DNA of 63,925 bases, counting the filler, from Cercozoa sp. M6MM (taxonomy: Eukaryota; Protista; Endomyxa: Ascetosporea), in the NCBI GenBank assembly GCA_040357565.1. It is 14 parts of 14 records of this genome, joined end to end, with 100 filler letters (N's around TTAATTAATTAA, not from the genome) between each part and the next. Parts side by side here need not be neighbours in the genome. Positions count along the whole stretch, not along the records: positions 21,197 to 34,831 come from JBDODJ010000352.1; positions 34,932 to 38,628 come from JBDODJ010001346.1; positions 38,729 to 40,334 come from JBDODJ010001979.1; 11 more parts are not named here. One strand, 5' to 3'. The translations under genes and the position numbers were made by a program. Shown here one piece after another: positions 26,701 to 38,782 of the stretch. The first letter of the stretch is position 1, and each line of letters begins with the position of its first letter. The notes beneath the pieces are model-generated. The model had not been told where the DNA came from. It made no database searches and saw only the letters and a list, made by a program, of their open reading frames with translations.

Positions 26701-29434
26701 TACCCTGAGTGACCACCTGACTGAGTGACCACCTGACTGAGTGACCACCTGACTGAGTGACCACCTGACTGAGTGACCACCTGACTGAGTTACACGTGTG
26801 CCTGTGTGCTGGGCAGCACGTGCATCGCGTTCAGAAACTTCACAAAATGAACCGTCACTTGCCGCTGAAACTCTTCGCCACGCTGCCGATGCAGTAGCTT
26901 TTACCCCCCTCTTTGCCCCCTCTTTGCCCCCACTCTTTGCCCCCTATTTTACCCCTCCTACCTCTTTACAACCTTCCCCTTTATCCCCTTTACTCCTCCC
27001 CCCAGACGTGTGTACGAGCGCGAGGAGATGCTGCAGAGTACACTCGAGTCGCTGGACGCGGCGCTGCCGTCGGACACAGTGCCGGTACCTTTTGCACGTG
27101 CCTGCTGACCAAAGTGGTCTCCACTGACCGAAGTGTCCCTCCTGACTGGGTTGATCCCTACTGACTGGGTTGATCCCCACTGACTTGACTACTGACACGT
27201 GTGCAGTTCGACGCCGTCGATGCCACCAAGAACGCCGTTGGATGTACTGTTTTCTATCTTGGGGGGGGGGGGGGGGGGTAAGAGGGGGTAAACAGGGAGC
27301 TAAACTCTGCAGTCGGTGTGCNNNNNNNNNNNNNNNNNNNNNNNNNNNNNNNNNNNNNNNNNNNNNNNNNNNNNNNNNNNNNNNNNNNNNNNNNNNNNNN
27401 NNNNNNNNNNNNNNNNNNNNNGGGGTAAGAGGGGGTAAACAGGGAGCTAAACTCTGCAGTCGGTGTGCGCGACCAGCTGACGCAGTCGTCGGTGTCGCTG
27501 CTGGTGTCGCTGGAGGGACCTCTGCGGCGTGCCGTGCAGTCGCTCAAGCAGCAGCGACGACTGCAGTTTTTGGACGTGCTGGTGGAGCACACCACCATGC
27601 CTACCAACACTACCACGTCGGCGAGGTGCCCCCCCCCCCCATATGGAGCGAGCCCTACCTCTACCCTACCCCCCCCCACCCTACCCCTCCCCCTACCCTA
27701 CCCCCCCCCGCCCAGATGGTCAGCCCTGCCATTGCGACCGCTGGCGGAGCAGGCGGAGTGGCACCTGCGGCGACTGCAGGGCGTGCTGCAGGATGCCTTG
27801 CTGCCGGCACTGCTGGCCACTGCGGATCGACACCAGCCGTGGACGACGTTTCTCCTGGAGCAGTTGGCTCTGTGTGTCGCACTGGCCGACCACTCGGTAT
27901 CGCTGCCTTCCTTCTGACTGAGTGGTCACGTGACCACCTGACTGACCACCTGACTGACCACCTGACTGACCATCTGACTGACCACGTGGGTAGGCGGACT
28001 TTGCCGACACGGCGCGTCGACTGGCGGCGCAACTGCTGCGTCGGCCGCGTCTGCAGCAGCACCTGCACGCTGAGTGTACCTCTTCTGACTCTGGTCCATT
28101 TGTACCACCTGGAGGCAGGGATGGACGCTCCACTTTGTACGGGTGGACTGGTTATCTGGACACACATGTGTTGTAGTGATACAAGAACTCGCGTCGCAGT
28201 GCCTCGGCGAGGAACACGTGCGGCGACTCCGGCACCACGACTCGCAAGTCGACACTGAGGTACCACACCTGGCACGTGCCAACTGGACTGATCGATCACT
28301 GTGATCGGTATGATCGATCACTGTGATTGCTGCTGTGTCAGGACCTACTGACGCGGTGTCAAGATGTGTGCCGAGCCATGGAGCGACAGTCAATCGACCA
28401 GGCCGGCTTCCTCATCGACACCGAGGGCTTCCTTAAGGTTTACCCCCCCCCCCCTCCCACCCCTACCTACCTCTCTTACCCTCGCTTACCCCAACAGACA
28501 CTGGCCAAGGTGCCAGAGGTGCCGCCATCGGTGTGGAAGGAACTCATCACGTGCGGCACACGCATGTGCCTGGCCAAGCCGAGTCTGGTAGACTAACCCC
28601 ACCACTACTCCCTTTACGCCCCTACCCATTTTCCTCCTACCCCCTACCCTTTACCCCCAGGCGCCGAGACTGCACGAAGTGCTGCTGCTGCCGCTGCTGC
28701 GACACTGCGACACTCCGCGCGACGCACTGGCACTCTGGCACTTTGTGCACTTCTACGATCGCTCTGGTAGCGCTAGTCACCTGTACTCCCCTCCGCACGG
28801 ACCCTTCCACGCGGACTCCGAGTGACCTCTTTGCTGACCCCTATGAGTGTGGGTGACCAGGCTACATATCTCCCGAGTTCACGTCGCACCTGGCGCAGCA
28901 GCTGACGTCGGCGGAGGCACGTGCCACACTGGGCGTCTGGGCTGGTACAAATGGACCACTGGTACAGATGGACCACTGGATGGACATGTGGCTACAGGTG
29001 CCGTCGAGTACGCACACAGTCTCAATCAGCAAGACAAAGACTCCGAGGGAGACCAGGAGACCGACCGACCAGGCAGTGCATGGTGGATCAGGGTGATACA
29101 GACACACCTGCGCGCACTGCAACTGCAGGACATCTCGGCCACGGCCACAAAGCAGGTGGCACGCTCCATCCTCGAGGACACTGGCGGTACCCACTTTCTC
29201 CTACGCTTTCACACCTCCTACCCCCCCCCCCCCCCCCCGGACAGAAGTCGAAAGGCCAGAGGACGACGTCAGAGTATCTGTGGCGACGGCGCTGGCGCTG
29301 TCCCCCGAGAACTCAATGTTCGGGTAGCTTCTGTTTCTTTTTTGTCTGGCTTGTCCGCTTTTCTACATCTCCGTGTGTCCAGACGACACCAGGCCGACCG
29401 GCATCCCGTCGATCTCGTGGCCTTCCTGCAGTAG
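23740..29434 (+). CDS. Large helical hypothetical protein (>20 introns)
   Basis: Long chain of Leu/Ala-rich exons with canonical splice sites ending ..RHPVDLVAFLQ*. Family not recognised; start approximate. Confidence 0.6.
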
Positions 29435-29658
29435 TTTTGTTAGATCTTTGATTTGACCCACACACAACCAATCAACTACTAACGACGTGCTGCAACGATC
29501 TGGCTGCCATCACACCCAGCCATCAGCCAACAAATAGAATTACTTTTTAAAATTGTCCGTCTGTACTGGTCTGTACACGCAGATGCAGACTGCTCAAAAG
29601 CTGCAGTAAACCTACCCACAACTGTCCGTGGTTGTTCTTTTGTCTTACGCGTACGAAA

Positions 29659-32473
29659 ATGGCCAAGGTATGTTGCGGTGTCACTTGACTTGGTGCCATT
29701 TGCATCAATCGTTGCGCCTTTTTCGGTGTCATTGGAATGGTTGATTTTGATGCAAACAGCAATCGCAGTCGCTCGCCGAGCGCGATCCCGAGCTGGCGGC
29801 CCTCGTGAAGGTAACAGAAACACAACTGAGTGAATATTCGCAAGTTGAGATTCTGACTTGGTGCGTGTGTATGTGTTTGGGATCAATCCAGGCCGAGGAA
29901 CAGCGACAGTTCCGCGGACTCGAGCTGATTGCGTCGGAGAATCTGACCTCTAGGTAGTTTGGGGTTTCCGGGTTTGTGTTTCTCTGAGTGTGGGTTGCAA
30001 TACCAAGGGTATGGTAATGGGGACAGAGCCGTGATGGAGGCACTCGGCAGCTGTCTGACCAACAAGTACTCGGAGGGTCTGCCTGGTGCTCGCTACTACG
30101 GCGGCAACGAGGTCATTGATCAGGTGTGTACCTCTCTGTCTCTTAAGTAGACCCGTGGTCTGTACGGACAATGTGTACAAATGTACATACATTGGTGTGT
30201 CGGTGCAGGTGGAGACACTGTGTCAGCAGCGCGCGCTGGCGGCCTTCTCGCTCGACCCGGAGCAGTGGGGTAGCTTTCTCCCGTTTACCCCCCCTCCCCC
30301 ATCCCCACCCTTATCCCCTTAATAGTTACCTTATGCCTCCCTACCCTTCCCCCTCTCCGTAGGTGTCAACGTGCAGCCCTACTCGGGCAGTATCGCCAAC
30401 ATTGCCGCCCTCAATGCGCTGCTTGAGTAGGCTAGATACATGTGCATGAACTTGTATATATATTCCTGCTGTATACTATCTCCTGTATATGTGTATAGAC
30501 CGCATGACAAGCTCATGGGTCTCTCGCTTCCGCATGGTAAACTCTTACCCCTCACCCCCCCTGGACCCCTTACCCTCTTACCCCCTCGTAACACCATTTG
30601 CCCCTTTGACCCCCAGGTGGTCACCTGTCGCACGGCTACTTCAACAAGGCGCGCAAGGTCAACGTGTCGGCCATCTTCTGTACCAACACCCTCTGCCCCT
30701 TAACTCTGTAACTTAAGTGTGCGTGTATGTGGTACAGATGAGTCCAAGCCGTACTACGTGTGCCAAGACACTGGTACAACGTGTTGTCCCAATGTATCTC
30801 TTAAGGGGTGCTGATACACAAACACACATGCGCATGCAGGTCTCATTGACTACGACGGACTGGAGGCGGCCGCCAGGGAGTTCCGACCGAAACTGATCAT
30901 TGCGGTACAATTGGATTGCACAATTGGACTGTACAATTAATTGGACTGTACAATTTGACTGTACAATTGGACTGTACAATTTGTGCTGTCTGTTGGACCA
31001 TTCAATTGTACTTCTTTTGACTGTGTTAAGGGTGCCTCGGCGTACCCACGTGACTACGACTACGCGCGCTTCCGTGCCATTTGCGACGAGGTCGGCGCCT
31101 TCCTAATGGTCGACATGGCACACTACGCCGGTACAGCCCCCTCCCCACTTATTCCCTCCTAGTACTACCCTCGCCCCCAGGCCTGGTGGCGGGCGGTGTG
31201 ATGACGTCGCCGTTCGCGTTCGCGGACGTGGTGACGACGACGACGCACAAGTCGCTGCGTGGTCCGCGTGCCGCCATGATCTTCTTCCGCAAGGTACTAT
31301 CTGTACTGTACGTTTGTGCCACCGTACATGTTCGTGTGTACGGCGTGTATGTACGGTATGTTTGTACGGTATGTTTGTACGGTAGGAACTGGAGAAGCAG
31401 GTGAGCTTCTCGGTGTTCCCGTCGGTGCAGGGCGGTCCGCACAATCACCAGATTGCTGCCATTGCCACGCAGGTGCCTCTTACCCTCCCCCCTCTTACCT
31501 CTTTACCCCTTCCCTCCTCCCCGTGCAGATGAAGGAGGTTGCCTCGGAGGAGTGGAAGCAGTACGCGCGACAGGTCGTGAACAACACGCGCGCACTCGCG
31601 GAAGGACTTTGTGTATCTTACCTCCTCCCCCACACACACCTACATCTTACCCCCCCTCCCCGCGGTGTGTACAGAAGGAGGAAGAGTGTCTGCTGCAAAG
31701 TGGCGGCTCGGACAACCACCTTCTGGTAATTGTACCCGTAGTCCCTTTACCCCCTTACCCCCTCGGTGACAGTTGTGGAACCTGTCGCCTCTTGGCATCA
31801 CGGGCAGCAAGATGGAGACTCTCTGCGATGCTGGTACCGCTCCTTACCGCCTACCCCTTACCCCCTTTACCCCCTTACCCCTCAGTGCACATCACTCTCA
31901 ACAAGAACACCGTGGCTGGCGACAAGTCGGCGCTGTCGCCTGGCGGCGTTCGTGTCGGCACGCCTGCTTTGACTAGGTGTGTGTTTACCCCCCCCCCCCC
32001 CTCCCCCCCACCCTACATTACCCCTCCCTTTGCCCCTGAGTAGTCGCGGCATGAAGGAGCAAGACATGCGCAAGGTGGCCGAGTTTTTGTGGCGCGCCGC
32101 TCGTCTGGCGCAGCAGGTGCAGCAGCACGTGCTGGACACGCAGCAGGTACTTGCGCAGATACGCATATAAAGATATGCATATATACCCATAGTATATGTG
32201 TACATGTGTACATGTGTCTCTAATTTCTTTTATTATTCCTCAGTTTTCTTTGTTTTGCATTCATTTTCTCTTGTGTGCGCAGAGCAAGAAGCTGGCGCTC
32301 TTTAAGCAGGCTCTCCAGGTACTGGGACACACGGCATCTTTTGGGTGGACGCACATATCCACTGCAATTCTGTGCTTGCTCAGGAGGAGCAGTTCCAGCA
32401 GCCCATCCAGGCGCTGCGAGAGGAGGTCGAAGAGTTTGCCTCGTCGTTCTACATGCCGGGCGGCTTCATTTGA
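29659..32473 (+). CDS. SHMT: Serine hydroxymethyltransferase, probably cytosolic (19 introns)
   Basis: [45 protein letters not shown] lysine [19 protein letters not shown] and [13 protein letters not shown]. No presequence. Confidence 0.98.
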
Positions 32474-32653
32474 GCACTTTGGCTCATGGCAACTCACCAA
32501 CTCAACTCAGGCTGCGATTATACTGACTTGAACTGAACGGGACGGTACGCGCTGTGACTTATTTAAGCGAGGAGGGGGTTGGTCAACTAACTGAACGACA
32601 CCTCAAAACGAGAAACCGGTTCGGTTTTGGCGAGGTATCGGGTATCTCTAGTG

Positions 32654-33400
32654 TCACCGCAACACGACACAGTCAGAGGCGACAGGCTCGCGGCAGGAGG
32701 GACATACGGCGCACCTGTCTAGCCACGTGGCCAGTTCGTTCTTGTGGAACATATGCGTGCTACACAAGGGATTTCCGGAGAGAGAGACTCGACAGTCAAC
32801 ACCATGGATACCATGGAAGAAAGATGACTTTGTCGCCCAATTGGGGCTTTTCCAGGCAGATCAAACAGATGCAGGCTGTGCATTCAAACGCATCAGTCAG
32901 TTAAATTTTCGAGAAAGTCGAACTCACAGTGACTGTTGCTGAGAAATCTCTCGTCCACTTTGGTGATGTGAAATCGGGAAATGAGCGTCCGCGTGGATGG
33001 TTTAACGGCCTTGACATCATTTGACTCATTGTGTGCCGACCCGGAACGAAAGCTGCCCGCACATAGATAGTTCAAGCAGTATCTGTATTGGACAACGGAA
33101 AGTAAGATTACATGCGTGTGTAGAGACTCGGCTGTGTACTTTGGGGAGCGTGTTGTTCATTCCACAGGTCAGTGTCGGTATAACCATCGAACCCACCGCT
33201 GTTGGAAGTGGCAATGTCGTCGAATTCGTCCTCTCCGCCAATCTGTGCGCAGCTCCTGCTGTCGCGTTCCCTCTCGCTGGATTGTACCCGCTGCTCCTCT
33301 CGCCGAGTATTTTGTAGCAGTGAAGGGAGGCCGCTTGTGCTCGGTGTCCACAGTCGCGACATTTGTGTCAACTAACGCACGAATCAATCACCTGGCGACA
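32654..33400 (-). CDS. RING-H2 finger protein (start not resolved)
   Basis: C-terminal CLICLEKPQLGDKVIFLPC|THMFHKNELATWLDRCAVCPSCR. Confidence 0.75.
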
Positions 33401-33742
33401 GAAAATCACAGATTATTGATCGTTCCCTCAGACGACTCCACTAGCTTGAGCGTGCTGCGGCTGACTCGTCTATCCGGCCTAAAATAAGATTCTTTTAGCG
33501 CTAACAAACTCTCGTTACAGCATAGTACATCGAGTTTATTTTACTTTCCACAGCATCCTTGCCTGCTGCTCTGGTTTAATCACTGTATTGATTCAGCTTG
33601 AGTTCACAGGCAGGATTGAGAGCGATAAAGCGTGTTAGACTGCGATAGGTGTATGCAAAGTAAAGTTGACAAACGCCTGGTGCCGCTTCGCAAGGACGAA
33701 GGTTTATTCTTGTAACATGACGATTGCAGATGCTTGCGATAG

Positions 33743-34601
33743 ATGGATTTCGTAGAGGAACTGCGTCATGTGCGTCGACGCGAGCTCGGCCCACGATACT
33801 CCTCGGCGTCGGTAGGGGCCCACCATCGAGCGACGTGATGTAGTGGTATACCTCGGTGTCGCTTGAATACAGGGCAGTGCGACCACAGTGGAAGAGCCGG
33901 GCGATTACATGCCTCCCGAGGTGCCAGGTACCGCACGAAATGAGCTTTTTGTTTCGACACTCGTTCCTGTCAAAACTCCCCGTTGCGCGTGTTGTAGGTG
34001 TCGACATGGACCTGCTGCGTTGGCGCATGCCGCACTACGAGGAGCGCCGCCTGTCGCTGGTCGGCTACTCGCGCAGTGCTGCCGCTTCCTTCTTCTACGT
34101 GCCCGAGGTGAGTCTTCTGACATCCGCGCATGTTTATCTTTCTTTATCAGTCTTCTTTTTTTAGTTGAGTATCGCACTCGATGCCGGCGGCAGCTGCAAG
34201 AGCTTCCTACCGCACGTGTGGGCCATTTCGCACGGACACCTGTACCCCACTCCAGCGCCTACCGATGTTAGTCATTTCGAACTCTCTCGTCTTTCTTCTC
34301 AGGGACCACACGATGCACCTGCCAGTGTCGCAGCCGTCATTCGTGAACGACGAGCCGACCAACATTGTGTTGTGCCCAAAGCCTATCGCACCTCTTGTGG
34401 TACCACTTTGACCCTCCGCCATTCACCCTTGCCTTTTACCTTTTGTTGACTTTGGACTTCCTTTCTTTCGCAGGAGCAGTTTATGCACGCAGCGCAGTGC
34501 CTTAATCGCGGCGAGGTTTTCTCGCACGTCGAGGATCTCCAGCAGCGGCCTGTACATATCTTGTCTTTGTCTTGGCGTCTTGTTGTTGTTGTTGTTGTTG
34601 T

Positions 34602-34638
<37 letters not shown>

Positions 34639-34779
34639 GTTGTTGTGGTTGTTGTTGTTGCTGCTGCTGCTGAACTAGCCTTATGCCTGTAGTACACTCT
34701 GAGAGGCGTGGAACCAGGCGAGAACATTCTGCTGCCACGCGAACTGACGAGTCGTCCCACGTCGGTGCAGATATTCCGG
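33743..34779 (+). CDS. RNase Z-like metallo-beta-lactamase-fold hydrolase, 3' truncated
   Basis: LVGYSRSAAASFFYVPE|LSIALDAG..AISHGHL|DH; the HxHxDH motif is split by an intron. Confidence 0.8.
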
Positions 34780-35029
34780 GTATCTTCTGACTTTTACTTG
34801 GGGTTTTGTTCAATAGGTTATCCCCCCCCCCNNNNNNNNNNNNNNNNNNNNNNNNNNNNNNNNNNNNNNNNNNNNTTAATTAATTAANNNNNNNNNNNNN
34901 NNNNNNNNNNNNNNNNNNNNNNNNNNNNNNNCCCCCCCCCCTCTTTACCACCTCTTTACTCCCTCTTTACTCCCGTCTTTACTTGCCTCCCGTTCCCCCA
35001 TCTTTACTCCACTTTTTAACCCCGTGTCA

Positions 35030-35482
35030 GACAAACGTCAGCTTTGGAGGAGAGTGGCGACGCGTGTCCAAGACGCTGTGTTACAACAAGGCAATGTGGT
35101 AATCTTCTTGCGATCTCGAGGGGAGCGGGAAAGGTGAAAGGAGGGGTAAAAGGAGCGACTGCAGGACCCGATCGACGCGGCGTACTTTGGCGACAAACTG
35201 CGTCGCACTGCCGCCGAACAGAGCTACTTCCGCCTGCTGCTCAAAGGTAGGGTAGGGGGTAAAGAGGGGGGTAAGAATGTATCTGTGTGACAGAGCCGGC
35301 AGAGTTGCCGGCAACGACGCGCGTTGAATCGCTGCCGTCGGCACAGCTGCTGCGTCTGCTAGCGCAGCGTCACAAGGTGTCTTTTACCCCCCACTCCCTT
35401 TAACCCCCTTTACCCTCTCTGGCAGAGAGAGCAACAGGCGCGCCAGCAGGAACGACTTTTGTACGGAGACACTGCCGACTAG
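35030..35482 (+). CDS. Hypothetical protein, 3' fragment
   Basis: Four spliced exons ending ..QERLLYGDTAD*. Confidence 0.45.
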
Positions 35483-35917
35483 TAGTCCGCCCAGCAGCTT
35501 TCTTTTTTGGCTAGTCAAAGCGACGGTTTCGTGCAGTTGGACTGAGCGCTGATCGATCAGAGACCACTGAGTCGTGATCGTTCGGGTGAATTGCTTCTTA
35601 CGCTCCCGGATCAGATCGCAGAATCCAACGAGTCAATCTGACGAACCACGCGTTCTTATTGTTTCATTTCCTTTCCAAGGAGTGACTGTATTGTTAGTGC
35701 TCTCGTGTAGCCTTAGAGAACCCTAGAGGTACCGTGCATCTGGCTTGGTCGGGAAAGTGCGACCCGCGTTTTCTCTGTGTCTAAGTGCGGTTTCAGTGCT
35801 AGTACACTACTTGCACACGGTGTGCAGTGTTTCTGGGTGATTTGAGCCGTGTTTGCAGAATTACTTTTTTGTTTCTGGGTGTTTTTTGTGTTTTTATTTT
35901 GTTGCTGTGTTGTGCAG

Positions 35918-37607
35918 ATGAAGCTTCTGCTCGGAATTGTTGCCGCCGCCGCCGTTGCCGTGCAGGCCGCGCCGTCGCCGCTGCTGCGCGACCTGGTGGG
36001 CCAGGTGGACACGTCGTACGACAAGTACCTGACGCCGAGCATTGCCGACATTCCCAAGAAGCAGGTCGAGCTGTCGTACACGTCGCCGCTCGTGCACCCG
36101 GCTGAGTACATGTCGGCCCACTCGAGTACACTGCGTTTATACCCCCGCTCCCTCTTTCTCCCCCATTACCTATCTTTGTCCCCTTCAGACGTCGGCACGA
36201 TGTCGGTGTACTCGGAGACGATCACGCCGGTGCCGGGCGCCGAGTGGACGCAGCTTGAGGTGCTGAGTCCTCTCTCCCTTCTTACCCTCTGTACCCTTTA
36301 CCCCCTGCCCCCCTGTGTGTATGCAGTTCTCGCCGGAGACGCTGCTGTCGCAGGAGAACCCGCGCGAGGCCGTGCTCAAGGTAGTCCATTTGTGTGTGCG
36401 TATAGTCGGTATGTATACCTGTGAGTTTGGGCAGATCTGGTCGGAGCGCGACGGTGCTGTGCAGCTGCACACGGCCGACACCCTGCGGTGCGTCTACCCC
36501 CATATTTATACATATTGTATCTACATTTATATAGTATATATGTTATTATATATTTTTTCTGTATTTTTGTATCTGTATATAATGTGTTTATATGTTTGCA
36601 GTCAGTGGGGCTACAAGTCGGCGCTCTTTAACGGCGACACGGTGCACGTGGAGCTGCTGGTGACGCCGCGTGCCGGCGACGTGCGCGTGCATGTCGTGTC
36701 GGCTGAGACGTCGGCCGAGGCCGAGCCGCTGGTGGGCGCGCAGACGCTGTGCAACGCGCAGGACGCGCGACGCAGCACGAACGAGCGCAAGGCGGCGCGC
36801 TACCTGCCGGGCGGCGGCTGCTCGGCCTGGCTCATTGACGACGCTGCCAAGTGCTTCCTCACGGCTGTACCTTCTACACCATCATAAATATACAGCGATG
36901 TATAATAATATATATATGTATAAATATATATAGGTGTATAAATATTGATGATGTGTGCTGGACAGGGCCACTGCAGTGGCGTGGGCTCGGTGCAGTTCCA
37001 GGTGCCGATGTCGACGTCGTCGGGCTCGATCCAGCACCCGGCGCCGGAGGACCAGTACGCCGTGGACAGCACGTCGATCCAGTCGACGAACGGCGGCGTC
37101 GGCAACGACTGGAAGCACATGGGCGCCTTCCCGAACTCGAACACGGGCAAGACGCCGTACCAGGCGCAGAAGGCGACGTACCGCCTCAAGACGGACGGCA
37201 CGATCGCGTCGCACCTGACGCACACGGGCTACGGCGTCTCGCAGCCGCGCAACGCCATGTCGCAGACGCAGAAGGGCGAGCCGGACGGCGGCGAGCTGTA
37301 CTCGTACCGCGGCACGGCTTGCCGCTACCGCTTCGACACGACGGGCGGCGACTCGGGCTCTGGTGTCGAGGACAGCACGGGCCGCGCTGTGTGCATCCAC
37401 ACGCACGGCGGCTGCAACAGCTGGAGCACGACGTCGTCGAACGCCGGTACGGCCATCTACCACACGGCCGTGCAGCGCGCCATCGCGTCGCCGCAGGGCG
37501 TCTGCAGCACCGAGGGCGCTGCTGCCGCCGCCACCGCTGTCTACGGCGCCGACTTTGCCGGCGACCTCAACGTGGCCGGTCCGCGCTACGTGCCCTCGCG
37601 CGACTAA
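35918..37607 (+). CDS. Secreted trypsin-fold (S1) serine protease of bacterial type, with signal peptide and propeptide
   Basis: Signal MKLLLGIVAAAAVAVQA; catalytic LTA|GHC, NDW and DTTGGDSGS; IHTHGGC; 5 introns in the CDS. Confidence 0.9.
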
Positions 37608-38782
37608 GCCTGCCGACAACTAAGCCGGCTGTGTCCCGCGCCGTTCTCCTGTCGATCGACTGACGGCTGCGTTGCTTGTTGTGCCCCATACGGAACTTGA
37701 AATGTGTGTATTGTCTCAAGTTCAGTTGAGATGGAATTTCTCGGTTTCAAGTTCGCTTTGCGTTGTGCTAATCAAGTGCCAGGCGAGGTTTGTGTTTCTA
37801 CTGTATGACGAGATGTTACTGTCAACATCAAACAACCTACTCGGCTGACTACTCGCTCCGCGTGGAAGCAAATAAAAGAAAGAATGAAGTGTTTTGCCAA
37901 GGTTGAGAGTTGGTAACGTAACAATTGAGTGTGTTTGGTAGAGCGGCGAGCAGCTCGGAACTGCTGCAAGAATTGAAACAGCCCTCTTTCCAGGTACCTC
38001 AAAGGTACCGTGATTGTTTAGTCGTTGTCTTCTCTAAAATTGACAAACTCACGTCGACATAGACATGAGCCCCAAGACCGGTACAGGGGAGCTACATTGT
38101 TGGTTTCTAAACAGACTGAACTAACTACTCCAGTATTGGTGTCACATGCGAATGTGCGGCTCAAGTTGTGGACTCTGCCCAAACCACACATCACAAAGGT
38201 ACGCTAAGTTGCGAGTCGAGCGGAATACCCCGAGTGGATGCGCGTGTGGCACGTTGTTGCTCCTTTCTGGCTTGTCCAACTGCGGGACACAAACAGATTC
38301 AGTTGAGACCCAACAAATGAACTCACCAGCTTACCCGCTGTGTCCACTCGCCTCTCTGTCGTGTGCGAATGTGTTGCTGCTGCAGACGTGGCTCGGGCGA
38401 CGCGTGTCTGTAAAAAACATGCTTCATCTGGGAGGAAAACTGGACAGAACAACTGACAAGAGAGCGCCCTCTCCGGCAGGTGGCAAACTGATGCGAGACT
38501 TGCCTAAGACCGCGCACACACACGCTCACACACTTTAGAGCAGGAGATTTTTACAAAATACCCGGCAGTGGCAATGGCACAGAGTTCAGTTTGCGGGCCA
38601 TTGTTTGCAATTCCTCCTAAAGATTGGANNNNNNNNNNNNNNNNNNNNNNNNNNNNNNNNNNNNNNNNNNNNTTAATTAATTAANNNNNNNNNNNNNNNN
38701 NNNNNNNNNNNNNNNNNNNNNNNNNNNNACAGGGGGGTAAACAGGGAGGTAAACAGGGGGGTAAACAGGGGGGGGTAAACTA

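Noticed and set aside
26707-26789. CRISPR-like regular repeats
   Set aside because: Head-to-tail 16-bp units with no unique spacers, inside a spliceosomal intron, and no cas genes.
36882-37619. Long antisense/alternate-frame ORFs (also 374-808, 48843-49472, 62715-63611, 45585-46397)
   Set aside because: Shadows of GC3-rich coding exons on the other strand or frame; no independent motifs.
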